The notes under the pieces: generated by a model | What the model saw: only the letters and a program-made list of their open reading frames with translations | What the model was told of the DNA's origin: nothing | The model's database searches: none | In this document: in pieces, positions 10,599-21,666 of the stretch | How the letters are laid out: every line of letters starts with the position of its first letter | Numbering within the stretch: position 1 is the stretch's first letter | Program-made: the position numbers and the translations under genes | Origin: Ignavibacteriota bacterium | GTDB lineage: Bacteria > Bacteroidota > Ignavibacteria > UBA10030 > CAVZMI01 | Length of the DNA: 64,000 nucleotides | Assembly: GCA_963776275.1 (NCBI GenBank) | Contig: CAVZMI010000006.1 | Location: 102,453-166,452, forward strand | Direction of reading: 5' to 3'

Positions 10599-11423
10599 AT
10601 GTTAATCATAAGACTCTTTGTTATTCCCGTTATTACTCTTTTAGTACTCAGTTGCGGACCCTCCTTGTTGGAAATGAATAATCCTGCATATCTCCTGAAA
10701 AAATCAGGCCCTTGGGAGAATCAGCCATCGGAACATTTCATGCTGTACTACCCTCCCCACTCAATTGCCGATACGACAATTGCCTCGATTCTTATTGCTC
10801 AAGAGAATAATTATTTCCATATCAGGCAGATTATAAAATTCCCCGATTCAACAACCTTTCCGAAAATCAATATTTGGCTGTTCAGGGATTCGGTGGAAAA
10901 GTACAAGAAAACCCATACTCGCTCATCTGCACACTCACTTCAGGAGTATTGGTCGGAATACTGTGTCGTGGGGAATGCACGCGGTGCACATGAAACCGCG
11001 CATCTTCTTATCAACCGTCTCTGGGGAGACCCCGTATCGCAGAAATACAAATTCTTGTTGGACGAGGGTTTTTCGATCTATTGTGATGAAGCCCGCTTTA
11101 TTCGATTAGGTCTGAAAATAGAATGCAGTGAGGCGATGCTTGACCGTAAGTATACTATTCGTTCTGTGATTGCCGATTCCTCGGACAGTCTTGACCTCCT
11201 GAAAAAAAGTATTATCTCGGGGACATTTATAAAATACCTTATCGAATCATATGGTATCGAGAAGTTCTCGATATTATGGAAAACGGCCCAAGAGGAAGAG
11301 ACCATTTTTCAAAGAATATACAGCCGTTCACAGAGGGAATTGGAGAAAGGATTTATGCTTTTCCTCCAGGGTGAACCCCGGCGTCTTATGAATCCTAATC
11401 GTAGCATTGAAGGAAAAGGATAA
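10599..11423 (+). CDS. Putative lipoprotein with gluzincin (peptidase MA-like) motif
   Basis: Lipobox LVLSC; AHETAH followed by LLDEGFS. Confidence 0.6.
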   Translation: MLIIRLFVIPVITLLVLSCGPSLLEMNNPAYLLKKSGPWENQPSEHFMLYYPPHSIADTTIASILIAQENNYFHIRQIIKFPDSTTFPKINIWLFRDSVEKYKKTHTRSSAHSLQEYWSEYCVVGNARGAHETAHLLINRLWGDPVSQKYKFLLDEGFSIYCDEARFIRLGLKIECSEAMLDRKYTIRSVIADSSDSLDLLKKSIISGTFIKYLIESYGIEKFSILWKTAQEEETIFQRIYSRSQRELEKGFMLFLQGEPRRLMNPNRSIEGKG

Positions 11424-11446
11424 AACGTAACCGAAAAGTGAATAAA

Positions 11447-11480
11447 AAATCCCAAGTCTTGAAATTCTGACTTGGGATTT
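11447..11480. terminator. Hairpin between convergent genes
   Basis: AAATCCCAAGTC ... GACTTGGGATTT inverted repeat. Confidence 0.6.
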
Positions 11481-11543
11481 GGCAATCTGTAATAGGGTAT
11501 TTCAAAGAAATGCAACGTTTTTATCCGATTCACGCGAGAAGAA

Positions 11544-11972
11544 TCATAGCGGTGGATTTTTCGCAGCAAATTCTTTTGCATGAACCGAATCTTTAAAGGC
11601 TACCTTTCCTGATCTGTTTGGTGTGGCTATTCCGGTCTTGACGATTGTCGCCCGATCATATGGAATCCATGTTCGCGTCTCATAATCTTTCACAAATATC
11701 GCATCAATCCTCGGAGCGTCGGGCTTCTGCATAAATGATTCCAAACATTTTAAATCATCAAACTTGTATACTTTTCCACCCGCTCCGATAATCTCCGAAG
11801 CGAACGCCTGATTTTTAATAATCATAGTACAATAATCACACTTGTCGTCTTTCAGAAGATTTACCGGTTTCGCCTCTTTTTTACCGCCACAGGATGCAAA
11901 CGATATTCCAATGACAGCCATAAATAAAAGAGCCGTAGCCGACCGAGCAACAAGCGAAATTTTCGTACTCAT
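11544..11972 (-). CDS. NosL-family copper-binding lipoprotein
   Basis: Lipobox FASC; CDYCTM, YKFDDLKC, FVKDY, ATP.SG..AF pattern; strong GGAGGAGG RBS. Confidence 0.8.
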   Translation of the reverse strand: MSTKISLVARSATALLFMAVIGISFASCGGKKEAKPVNLLKDDKCDYCTMIIKNQAFASEIIGAGGKVYKFDDLKCLESFMQKPDAPRIDAIFVKDYETRTWIPYDRATIVKTGIATPNRSGKVAFKDSVHAKEFAAKNPPL

Positions 11973-12281
11973 AGGAATAACCTCCTCCCTATCAATTCTG
12001 CGCAGCATTTTTCATCAAATACGGCCATTATCGGTTTCTTGTTTTTCACTTTTTTCTCGAGTATCTGCTCCTAAAATTAACAGCTCAGCAATTGATTGCG
12101 TTTCATATTTCTCTTATGAATGAATGTAGCAAATGATTTCTTATAATGCATAAACAAAACTTATTAAAAGTATGAAAGAGGTTTTTAAACTCGTAAAAAA
12201 TAACGAGACCAATTCAATAACACATATCGCCTGTAATTATCCTGATAGTCTGACTGCACTGCCAAAAAAGACTGACACAAA

Positions 12282-12850
12282 CTAGCCGTTTTGTACCCGA
12301 CCGGTTTTCATTTCTCCAAACTTCTTTTCTAACTCATGCGCTATACTGTGATATTTCTCGTGAATCCCTTCTCCAATCTCTTCAGCCTCAACCCTGTTAA
12401 AAGCTTTTTCCAGTTCAGATTGATCTTCAGACGTGAGAATGCGATCGCTCATTGGGAAAAGAACGCCGTTTTCCTTCATGATATGGGCACGCAATAACCG
12501 GACATAGGATGCGAGACTGTTTTTCATTGAAGTAATGGCGGCAGCGTCACCCTCCCGGGCTTTCGGGAATGCCCCGGCAATCTCTCCCATATATTTTCGT
12601 CCGGCTTCATGTTCAGACAGCATTACCGCGATCGGACCGATTCAGCCGACATACCCCGCTCACATAATTTTGGGAAAAGATGTTTCTCTTCCTTCGTATG
12701 GTGACATCCATCGGTGAAGTTCCTGGAAAAATCTATTATCTTTTCGAGCTCATCTGCGTAAAGATCGGAAGATTCCAGAATCTGTTCTGCTGAATCGAGG
12801 ATCAACGAAACGATTTGATGTTCATAACGCAATGTATTTATTGGCTTCAT
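12282..12850 (-). CDS. Hemerythrin-domain protein; apparent -1 frameshift at ~12638
   Basis: EH..I, DGCHHTKEEKHLFP, (GPIAV)MLSEHEAGR, HIMKENGVLFP; adding one base restores ESGPIAVML. Confidence 0.88.
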
Positions 12851-12884
12851 CTTTTTTACTCCCCGTCATTTTTTTCATAGTCCA

Positions 12885-13493
12885 TTATTCCTGGTGCTGA
12901 CCTTCATTTTTCTCGTGGGACTCGCCCTGTGCTTCAGCATCCAAATGTAGCCGCTCGATATAGTGAACATATTCCACATAGGCGGCAACATATGCACGCC
13001 CCACTTCAATACTTTTCCCTATTTCTTTCTTCAACTCCATAACCTTGTGAAAGCGCTCGTCGATCCCACTTTTTATATTATTGCCAATTAATTGGATAAC
13101 CGGATCAATTTTACCTGTTTCAAGCGCTCTATCGGCGCTTTCTGTAGCTGGACTAAGTCCACTTCCAGCAGGTTTTAATCCGGTATACGGTTCCCTCTCT
13201 CCAGCACGATGTAAACGTACAAGAGTCTCGAAGAAATACATATCCGCTAACTCTTTCGCCTGCGGATTTAATTTTCGCACTGCAAGAGTCCTCTCAAATG
13301 CTTCTTTGATTATCCCTTCATATTTCTGCTGTACCCATATCAACACAAGATTAATGTTGCCGGTTTCGAGCACTTTTTGGGCAGCTTGTACTACCGGTTC
13401 GTCCATCGTATCGCAATATGCGAGCACTTCAGGAACCAGGAAGAAGAATACGATAATTGACACTGACCATATTACAAATAGATTGGTTTTCAT
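12885..13493 (-). CDS. DUF6448-like exported protein
   Basis: Signal peptide then CDTMD.PVV, FFETLVRLHRAGE..PYTGLKP, YV.AYVEYVHY pattern, recognised from memory of the family. Confidence 0.75.
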   Translation of the reverse strand: MKTNLFVIWSVSIIVFFFLVPEVLAYCDTMDEPVVQAAQKVLETGNINLVLIWVQQKYEGIIKEAFERTLAVRKLNPQAKELADMYFFETLVRLHRAGEREPYTGLKPAGSGLSPATESADRALETGKIDPVIQLIGNNIKSGIDERFHKVMELKKEIGKSIEVGRAYVAAYVEYVHYIERLHLDAEAQGESHEKNEGQHQE

Positions 13494-13514
13494 GACACCA
13501 CCTCCATTCAATAA

Positions 13515-15742
13515 CTATTGCGATGATTCTTTCTTTAGAGAATGACCTGTTATCAAACCGAAAACAAATACAACAATCGCAATCGCGCCGATTGCAAATA
13601 TTGTATCGCCGAATGCACGTGTCCACTTTACAGTCTGGACGGTGGGCGAATATAAAAACTCGGCACTCCGGGCATACCAGTATCCATATTTCACTGAGGC
13701 CCATGTCTGAAGAAGGCCGACCGGCAGCAGACTGATTGCCACCATCGCCATCAAACCGATATTCAAGCACCAAAATCCGACTTTTAGTAATTTTCCTTTC
13801 CACGCGTTTTTCACCCAGAGGACACGCAAACAAAAGAGCATAAGACCGATACCGAGCATACCGTAGACTCCAAAGAGAGCTGCATGACCATGAACCGGAG
13901 TTGTATTAAGTCCCTGCATATAATATAACGCTATCGGCGGATTGATCATGAAACCGAAAAGTCCTGCACCAACCATATTCCAGAATGCAACTGCGATAAA
14001 GAAATAGATCGGCCATCGATATTTTTCCATCCACACACTCGTTCTAGATCGGCGAATATTGTTCCACGCTTCATAACCTACGAAGAGAAGTGGTACAACT
14101 TCGAGGGCACTAAAGACGGCTCCAAGTGCCAAGACAGCTGTCGGGGTGCCTGAGAAATACAAATGATGAAGCGTTCCGATAATACCACCCGAGAGAAATA
14201 TTGTCGATGATAGTACAACAGAGCTGTTTGCTGTTGAAGAGCGGATCAGTTTCAATTTGAAAAAAAGATATGCAATGACGACGGTGGCAAATACCTCGAA
14301 GAATCCTTCGACCCAGAGGTGTACAACCCACCAGCGCCAGTATTCGGCGACAGCAAGATTTGTCCTCTTACCATACATAAGTCCGGCCATATAAAAAGCG
14401 CCAATAGCCACAGAAGCAACAAAAAACAGAATAAGCAGCGATTTATGATCGGTTCCTTTCCTCAGGCCGACTAATACATTTCTTCCTACAAGATACACCC
14501 ATAATGCAAGACCGATAACGAGTCCGATCTGCCACACCCGACCGAGATCGATATACTCATAACCCTGATGACCGAAGTAATACCAGAGATCACCGGAAAG
14601 CTTGCGATAGACACTCAGCCATTCACCGATAAGCGAGCCGACAACGATTATCAGAAGAGCGATAAAAAGAAAATTCACTCCGAACCGTTGTCCCCTGAGT
14701 TCGATACCGCTTACTACCGGGGCGATATAAAGTCCGGCTGCAAGCCAGGCGGTAGCGATCCAGAATATACCGAGTTGAGTGTGCCATGTTCGCGTGATGA
14801 CATAGGGGAGCCATTTGCTCAATGGAATTCCGTATAAAGAATTCCCTTCCACGCTATAGTGGGCTGTGACAACACCAAGAGCAATTTGGACGAGGATTAA
14901 AAGAGACACAATCCAAAAATATTTTATGGTAGCACGTTGTGATGGTGTGGATTCATGAATGAGCAGTGGATCGTTGTCTGGAAGGAGCATATTCTCTTGT
15001 TTATACGATTGTGAAGCATTATACCATACCATTCCACCTATTCCGGCAAGTAGCAAAATAATACTGACACCGGTCCAGATAATCGCATCGGCGGTGGGAA
15101 TGTTATCCACGAGTTCCTCGTGCGGCCAGTTGCTGGTGTAGCTGATATCTTTTCCCGGTCTGTTTGTCGATGCAGCCCAGGAAGTCCAGAAAAAGAAAGT
15201 GCTTAGCTGTCGCAACTGTTCCTTGTCCGTCAGAGCACCGGGAGGAATCGAATACGGTTCGCTTCCTTTTGAAAAGAGTTCGGTGTAGTATGCTACGTTT
15301 GCTTCGAAGGCTCGTCGACGAATCGGATCAAGGACAAGCTTGCCCGTCAGGTCATCATAGGTGTTCGCACGCATTAATTCTTTGAGTCGTGCACGAAATT
15401 GAGCCTGCTTCTGTTCGCCGATCTGGGAATATGGTTGGGCTAGTTCATTTTGGGACCATTCATTGATGATAAACTCGCATTCACGATGAAGCCAATCGGC
15501 ACTCCAATCAGGTGCAACGTAGCTGCCGTGCCCCCAGATTGAGCCGAGTTCCATCCCGCCAATCGATCTCCAGATTTCCTGCCCTTTTTCAATATCACCT
15601 GTGGGAATCATGACGCTACCGTCTGGCGTGACAACACTCATCGGTACCGGCGGTTTTTCCTGATATATTCGAATACCGGCCCATCCCAGACCACAAACGA
15701 GATAATAATGACGGCAAAAAAGCCAATCCAGAGTTTTTTCAT
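13515..15742 (-). CDS. norB: Quinol-dependent nitric oxide reductase (qNor); apparent -1 frameshift at ~15689
   Basis: GSIWGHGSYVAPDWSADWLHRE, YWRWWVVHLWVEGFFEVF, GTLHHLYF, VHGHAALFG; N-terminus MKKLWIGF...VLGWAGIRIYQEKPPVP restored by one base. Confidence 0.95.
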
Positions 15743-15779
15743 GCCTCTCTCCCTAAGAATTATGGAACCTGTTGTCGTA

Positions 15780-16580
15780 CTACACCTTTTTCGCCATGAT
15801 GACCAGATCTTTTGTATTAGTAGGAACAAAATCAATCATTGAAATACTCCCAAATGTCTTTATATCTTTGAAACCTGCAGAATAGAGTCCCGGAATGATG
15901 TCGGTTCGGATCAGAGGTCTGATCTCTACGGTGTTAGCATTTTCAAGTTTTATTTTTCCATCGTGCCGGATTGTTCGTATCGTAAAACGAATTGTCTTTT
16001 CTTCATACTCATACTCACGAATTATTGTTACTCCCCCCTCTTCCTTTACATTTTGGATAATATTTCGTTCATTTAAAATTTTTTCATAATTAAGTATTTG
16101 AATAAACAGAATTCCCTCCAACCGAAGCAGGGATGAGAAATTCTTTAGCGTGACTTCAAGGTCTATTGGATTAATTAAATGGACGAGTGAGTTTCCAAGG
16201 CAAAATATCGCATCGAATTTCTCATCGATATGCGAAGGGAGATCCTGGAAACTGGATTTAGATATCCGAACCTGAACACCCAGCGTCCGTGCATGGTTCT
16301 CAGTTCTACGAAGCATTTCGTCCGATATATCCGTGGCGGTGACGTTAACGCCTAGTTGTGCAAGAAGCATGGAATGAAAACCTGTACCACAGCCGGCATC
16401 CAGAGCCTTCGCGATGTTATAACGATCGATAAGAAGTCTAAAAAATGGTTTCTCTTGCGCAAACCTCTTCTCAAAATTAATCATCATATCATAATCAGTC
16501 GCAAGAACATCATAGAATCGAGATAGTTCATTGATCGATTGTAATTTATGTTTATTCATTGGGTCCATGGTTTTGCACAT
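15780..16580 (-). CDS. Class I SAM-dependent methyltransferase
   Basis: ALDAGCGTG, FDAIFCLGNSLVHL; real start may be 16568 or 16559. Confidence 0.85.
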   Translation of the reverse strand: MCKTMDPMNKHKLQSINELSRFYDVLATDYDMMINFEKRFAQEKPFFRLLIDRYNIAKALDAGCGTGFHSMLLAQLGVNVTATDISDEMLRRTENHARTLGVQVRISKSSFQDLPSHIDEKFDAIFCLGNSLVHLINPIDLEVTLKNFSSLLRLEGILFIQILNYEKILNERNIIQNVKEEGGVTIIREYEYEEKTIRFTIRTIRHDGKIKLENANTVEIRPLIRTDIIPGLYSAGFKDIKTFGSISMIDFVPTNTKDLVIMAKKV

Positions 16581-16813
16581 GTACTGGAAAATGGTTGTTT
16601 TGGAGTTTTTCTAATTCCGGAATTCTTAGAAGATATTCCCTCATGGAATGAAATTGCACCGTCAACATCGAGGATCCTGAAATTCCGACAAACACACCGA
16701 CTACAGATGCAACGGCGTAGAATGAATCTCAGCATATCATCTTCTTTCTATTTCAGATGAAAAACCCTGATTATAATATAAAAAAAATTTAGTCTTTTGG
16801 AACGGCAGGGGCC

Positions 16814-17146
16814 CTAAGAGTAATAGCTGTATTCCCGGGGCTTTGGATCGATGAGATGGATCAGGAAGGCAATCACAACTGCTATCGTACATACCAGAAT
16901 AAAAGCTCCTGTCGCATTACCACTATCCACGGCGTCGATAACCATGTACGTTCCGATTGCCGTTACTATCGATAGGATGATAATATAGAGAATGTAGGCT
17001 TTCGGTGAAATTCTTCGATTTTTTATGATTCTTTTTTTGATTCGTACAGGATATGCCGGCGTCTTTTTACAGAACGGACATACATCGAGACTCTCAGAAA
17101 TCAAGTTCTGGCAGTATGTGCAATGCATTATGCCAATTCCCTTCAT
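16814..17146 (-). CDS. Small zinc-ribbon membrane protein
   Basis: CxxC-x10-CxxC followed by two TM helices; GAGGT RBS. Confidence 0.6.
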   Translation of the reverse strand: MKGIGIMHCTYCQNLISESLDVCPFCKKTPAYPVRIKKRIIKNRRISPKAYILYIIILSIVTAIGTYMVIDAVDSGNATGAFILVCTIAVVIAFLIHLIDPKPREYSYYS

Positions 17147-17560
17147 TTATAACCTCACTAATCTTTTTTAAAGAATAAACAAACTCCAAGTCTGATGAAA
17201 TGCTGCAGATCACATATTAATAAAATCGGTAGGAAGATATTCTGTCGGGTTGCTCTGAAAAAAATTAAACGAGTTTTACGAGTTTATTTCGCAGATTTCG
17301 AGGGCGATATTTCATAATCGATCGTGCTTTTTTACTCCCACCATGCAATATTTGGAACATAGAGAGAAATATTGATTAAAGCTGTTTCCCTAGAATGATA
17401 CAAATTCTTGAGTGGGCCGATTGTCGAGGCGAAAAAGAATTCTCCTTGATCTTCTCCATTTGTTCGAGGAAGAATTCATAGGGATTGACAGCCATCCAGC
17501 CTTCTATTTTTCGCCAGGCCGGTTCTTGACAAACTGAAACGTGTCCTTTGTCTTCACGAT

Positions 17561-19779
17561 TTACATTTTTCCGAACGTATCCATCAGTACGACCTGTGTC
17601 TCACCCGGTTGAGGTTGCAGTTGAACGCTCCGGTGTTGGCCGGGAAATTCTTCACCCGGCTCCCACATCCCTTCGCATCCACTATTTGTGAATTTATACT
17701 GAACCTCGATTCCACGCGGGACTTCAACAACAAGCGTCCATATTCCATCGCCTGCAGTGATATCGCCATGTGTACCGTCATCGTACATCCGAACCATGTT
17801 CGGTTTCCACTCCCCGAGTTGTGGAATATTTCCGGTAATAAAGATGCCTGAAGGGACATCAATATTCCGTGCGTCGCATTGAAAGAGAACGAGCACTTTT
17901 CCCGAATCACTCTTCGCCATTGTTCGGGAAGCACCCGCTTTTCTTTTCTGTCGGGGATTAATAATGGGATTAAATTTTCTTTGAGGCATAAGACCACCTG
18001 CTTTCCTTGCAAGGAAATATATGTTATTTAAATGAGTAATGAATCCGATATCGAACGGACTATCATCTCCAGACAATGATGTTTGGTCGGCGCCATACCA
18101 CCAGAACCAATCGGAACCTTCAGCTGCGTACATTTCTTCCCATGCCATCATTGCATACCATGCTTCGGTGCCTTTATGCTGTACCGGATCTGTTGTCCTA
18201 GGGCTTTTTACACCGGAAGCTGCAAGGTCTTCCCGGGCAATACGTAGATATTCCCATGCCCTGTTTTCTTCCCGCTCACCGATCCAGGTATCGAAATTCG
18301 CATTGATCCAGGATCCGGGCCAGAGTTTTTCAATTCTTGGCAGGTCCTGTACATAATGCGTGGGAACATTTCGCCGTGGATTTCCTTTCAAATATTCAGT
18401 CGTCGTTACCGTAACAACCTTCCCTTTTTTCTGAAGTTCCGTCAAACTCTTATACACACCGTTGAGAAAATCTTTCCCGTCATTGTCATAGCGATACCAT
18501 TCCCAGGCATTCTCTCCGTCCAGGATTACTGTAAGAAGACAATCGGGTTGATCGGGTAAAGGAGCGAATTCGAGAATACGGGTGATGAAATTCCGGATCG
18601 CCTCTTGAGGCTTCATTTCCTTGTACGTAAAACCGATCCGATCGGAAAGATCGGTTTCACGGAATACTATTGCCAGCGCATCTTCCGGCTTTTTCAATGA
18701 ACCGACGCTATAAGGAATCGTTACACATTTGTCCGTCGGATAGGCCGTTTGAGAATTTTCTCGTCGGTTGCGATCCACAGAATTTCATGACGTGTGAGTA
18801 TTTCGATGATTTCGTTGGCGACCGAGCCTTCCCCGGGCCACATTCCCGTCGGTTTTTGCCCGAACAGTTTTTGAAAATACTGTGCCGCTTTCCCCACCTG
18901 CGCCTCTGCATCTTCCGGATAACAAAACCGTTGAGGCATGGGATCGTTTGGCTGGCACGTTTTTGCGATATCGCTGTCACAGAGGAGCGGCAGGATCGGG
19001 TGATAGAACGGCGTTGTTACAATTTCAATTTGACCGCTGTGTTCTTCAGGTTTATAAATGAGCTTCTTATGAATGGGAACAATGTCGGCAAGGATCATAT
19101 AAGTGTCGGCAACGAGACGATTACAATCATCCTCGGTTATCAAATGACGCACGACAAATGAGCCGTCAGGTTTTTTCGCGACAAGATCGGTTAGATTGAT
19201 TACCGCCCGCGTCGTAAGCTTAACTGGTCCGCGAAGAATATCGGGGTCGAAATTCACCAATGAAAACCAGAATTTCAATTCCCGATAATCCTGTTCGGTA
19301 AGTTCCTCATTCCGTTTCCTGACTTTCCCGACAAGGGATTTATATTGAGGAAACCGATCGATTATAATTTCGCTTACGCTGAGTGCACTCCACGAATGTG
19401 AAGTCAATAATGCTTTTTCATTATCAGTAAGCGATGATGTCGGCTTCAACATGATATCAATCCATGGGTCGGTTTTTCCTTCCCACTTTGAGAAAAACTC
19501 CTGGGTATTGATACGATGCGACTTCATATTTACAAAGGGCTTCAACCGATCGACATAGTATGCTTGTAATTGAAAAAGAAGCACCGAAGTCAGGTTGACG
19601 TTAAAATGAATATCAGGATACTTGAGAAGTATCGATGTCATGTCGTAATAGTCTTTTGTACCGTGCGTACGTACCCACGGTGCAGAAAGCTGGTCCTTCG
19701 CCGAATCAAGATAGAGAGGCTGGTGCTGATGCCAAATAATATTTAGATAGACCGGCCTTGCGCCAGATTGTACTTCCAT
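17561..19779 (-). CDS. Glycoside hydrolase family 57 (amylopullulanase-like) with C-terminal CBM20-like domain; apparent frameshift at ~18744
   Basis: WHQHQPLY, PFYHPILPLL, GMWPGEGSV, LDGENAWE, AEGSDWFWW; GNIPQLGEW..N and YKF starch-binding pattern. Confidence 0.9.
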
Positions 19780-19913
19780 GAAGTATCCTCCGGTTTCACA
19801 AGAGGTGAACGGATTGGGTCAGAATTGTCCTGGTTTTACACTACTAAGATAATGATTTTCCTCTGAAAGTAAATCTTTACATCGTTCCGGATCTTTTGTA
19901 TATTCTTCATTAA

Positions 19914-20855
19914 ATGATCACGATAAAACCACCACGACTTGCTCGTGGGGACACCATCGGTATTGTGGCCCCTGCGAGTGCTCCCATATCGGCCGAGAAA
20001 ATCGAAAAAGGAGTCGCCTATCTCGAAAAAATGGGATATCGTGTAAAACTCGGGAAGCACGTTTATGAACTCAACGGCTACCTCGCCGGTCCCGATTCTC
20101 ATCGTGCACAGGATCTCAATGAAATGTTTGCCGATCCAGAAGTCAAGGCCATTATCGCGGTGCGCGGAGGTTACGGTTCTGCAAGAATTATCGATTTGAT
20201 TGATTATGAACTTATCCGGAAATATCCAAAAATATTTGTGGGATACAGCGACTGTACGGCACTTCACTGCGCATTTCTTCGACATGCCGGACTTGTCTCA
20301 TTTGCCGGTCCAATGGCTGCCGTCGAAATGTGTGAAGGAATCGATTCATTCACGGAAGAGAACTTCTGGCGGCTTCTTACAGATCCTTCGGATCACGAAG
20401 TGCTTCACAATCCTCCCGATCGTCGATGGCAGACGATTCATCATGGGACCTGCGAGGGAATCCTGGTCGGCGGAAATTTAACAATGCTGCTTTCGCTCGC
20501 AGGAACACCATATTGGCCCCCTCTTCGCGATGCTCTACTACTGGTTGAGGAGATCGACGAGAGACCGTATCGAATAGACAGAATGTGCGCCCAGCTCAAA
20601 CATGCCGGCGTTTTTAAGGAAATTGCAGGGCTCATCCTGGGTACTTTTTACGATTGTACTCCAATTGAACCGGATAAACCTTCGCTGACGCTTGACCAGG
20701 TGTTTTCGGACTATTTTTCAGAACTTACACTGCCTATTATCAGTAACTTTGCTCATGGACATCCGTCTCCAAAATTGACAATTCCGATTGGACTCAAAGC
20801 CCGACTCGACACCCACCGTGAACAAATCGAACTCCTCGAAGCTCCTGTCACTTAA
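19914..20855 (+). CDS. LD-carboxypeptidase (peptidase S66)
   Basis: RGGYG, GYSDCT, GGNL, EEIDE, HGH. Confidence 0.93.
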   Translation: MITIKPPRLARGDTIGIVAPASAPISAEKIEKGVAYLEKMGYRVKLGKHVYELNGYLAGPDSHRAQDLNEMFADPEVKAIIAVRGGYGSARIIDLIDYELIRKYPKIFVGYSDCTALHCAFLRHAGLVSFAGPMAAVEMCEGIDSFTEENFWRLLTDPSDHEVLHNPPDRRWQTIHHGTCEGILVGGNLTMLLSLAGTPYWPPLRDALLLVEEIDERPYRIDRMCAQLKHAGVFKEIAGLILGTFYDCTPIEPDKPSLTLDQVFSDYFSELTLPIISNFAHGHPSPKLTIPIGLKARLDTHREQIELLEAPVT

Positions 20856-20919
20856 ACCTATCATCATCGAAACGACGTGAAAAAATGGCTCAAACAGCCT
20901 CATTTTTCAATGTATTATA

Positions 20920-20948
20920 TTGACAACCTTTCTTTTTTTCAGTACCTT
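20920..20948 (+). promoter_or_regulatory. Putative sigma70 promoter for the purN-purH-mre operon
   Basis: TTGACA, 17 nt, TACCTT. Confidence 0.45.
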
Positions 20949-20977
20949 TTATAATACAAGGGAATCAACAGAACGCG

Positions 20978-21637
20978 TTGAATAATCAGCTCCACATCGC
21001 TGTTTTTGCTTCAGGTCGCGGTTCAAATTTCAGTGCGGTACTGGAGAAAATTCGCAGTGGGGAGATTCCGAACGCAAACATTGCAGTCGTTATCAGCAAT
21101 AATACGACAGCCGGGGCTCTTGAGATTGCCCGTTCGTATTCTATCCCTGCAATTCATTACAGCCGTGCGCAGTACGAATCCGATGAAGAATTTACAGCAC
21201 AGCTTCGCTCTCTTCTGTCAGAACACGGAGTGAACTTCATCATCCTCGCCGGTTACATGAAGATGATGCCGCAGGAGATTGTCCGGCAATTCCGTCATCG
21301 CATGCTCAATGTCCATCCAGCGCTATTACCGGCATTCGGCGGTAAAGGTATGTACGGACATCACGTTCACAAAGCTGTTATTGAGTATGGCGCAAAGGTA
21401 TCCGGAGCGACTGTACATCTTGTTGATGAAGAATATGATCACGGTCCGGTGGTTCTTCAAGCCTGTATTGCAGTCGAAGACGACGATTCACCTGATTCAC
21501 TTGCAGAAAAAGTATTAAAGATCGAGCATCGGCTCCTTCCGGAAGCAGTCAGACTTTTTGCCGAAGGACGGGTCATCGTGCAAGATCGTAAAGTTATTAT
21601 CAATCGAAACTCGCCCATCGCATCCACGTCATCGTAA
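20978..21637 (+). CDS. purN: Phosphoribosylglycinamide formyltransferase
   Basis: ASGRGSN, LAGYMK, NVHPALLP, SGATVHLVDEEYDHGP. Confidence 0.97.
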   Translation: MNNQLHIAVFASGRGSNFSAVLEKIRSGEIPNANIAVVISNNTTAGALEIARSYSIPAIHYSRAQYESDEEFTAQLRSLLSEHGVNFIILAGYMKMMPQEIVRQFRHRMLNVHPALLPAFGGKGMYGHHVHKAVIEYGAKVSGATVHLVDEEYDHGPVVLQACIAVEDDDSPDSLAEKVLKIEHRLLPEAVRLFAEGRVIVQDRKVIINRNSPIASTSS

Positions 21638-21666
21638 GCGACGGGCACACACCTTTAGGATCGCCA

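Noticed and set aside
13515-15742. NO dismutase (Nod)
   Set aside because: The canonical qNor motifs HLWVEGFFEVF and GTLHHLYF are intact, without the substitutions expected in Nod.
17147-17560. Gene or ncRNA in the 400-bp gap
   Set aside because: Only short ORFs without motifs and no convincing structure were seen by eye.
20856-20977. ZMP/ZTP or purine riboswitch upstream of purN-purH
   Set aside because: The leader after the putative promoter is under 30 nt and shows no recognisable aptamer.
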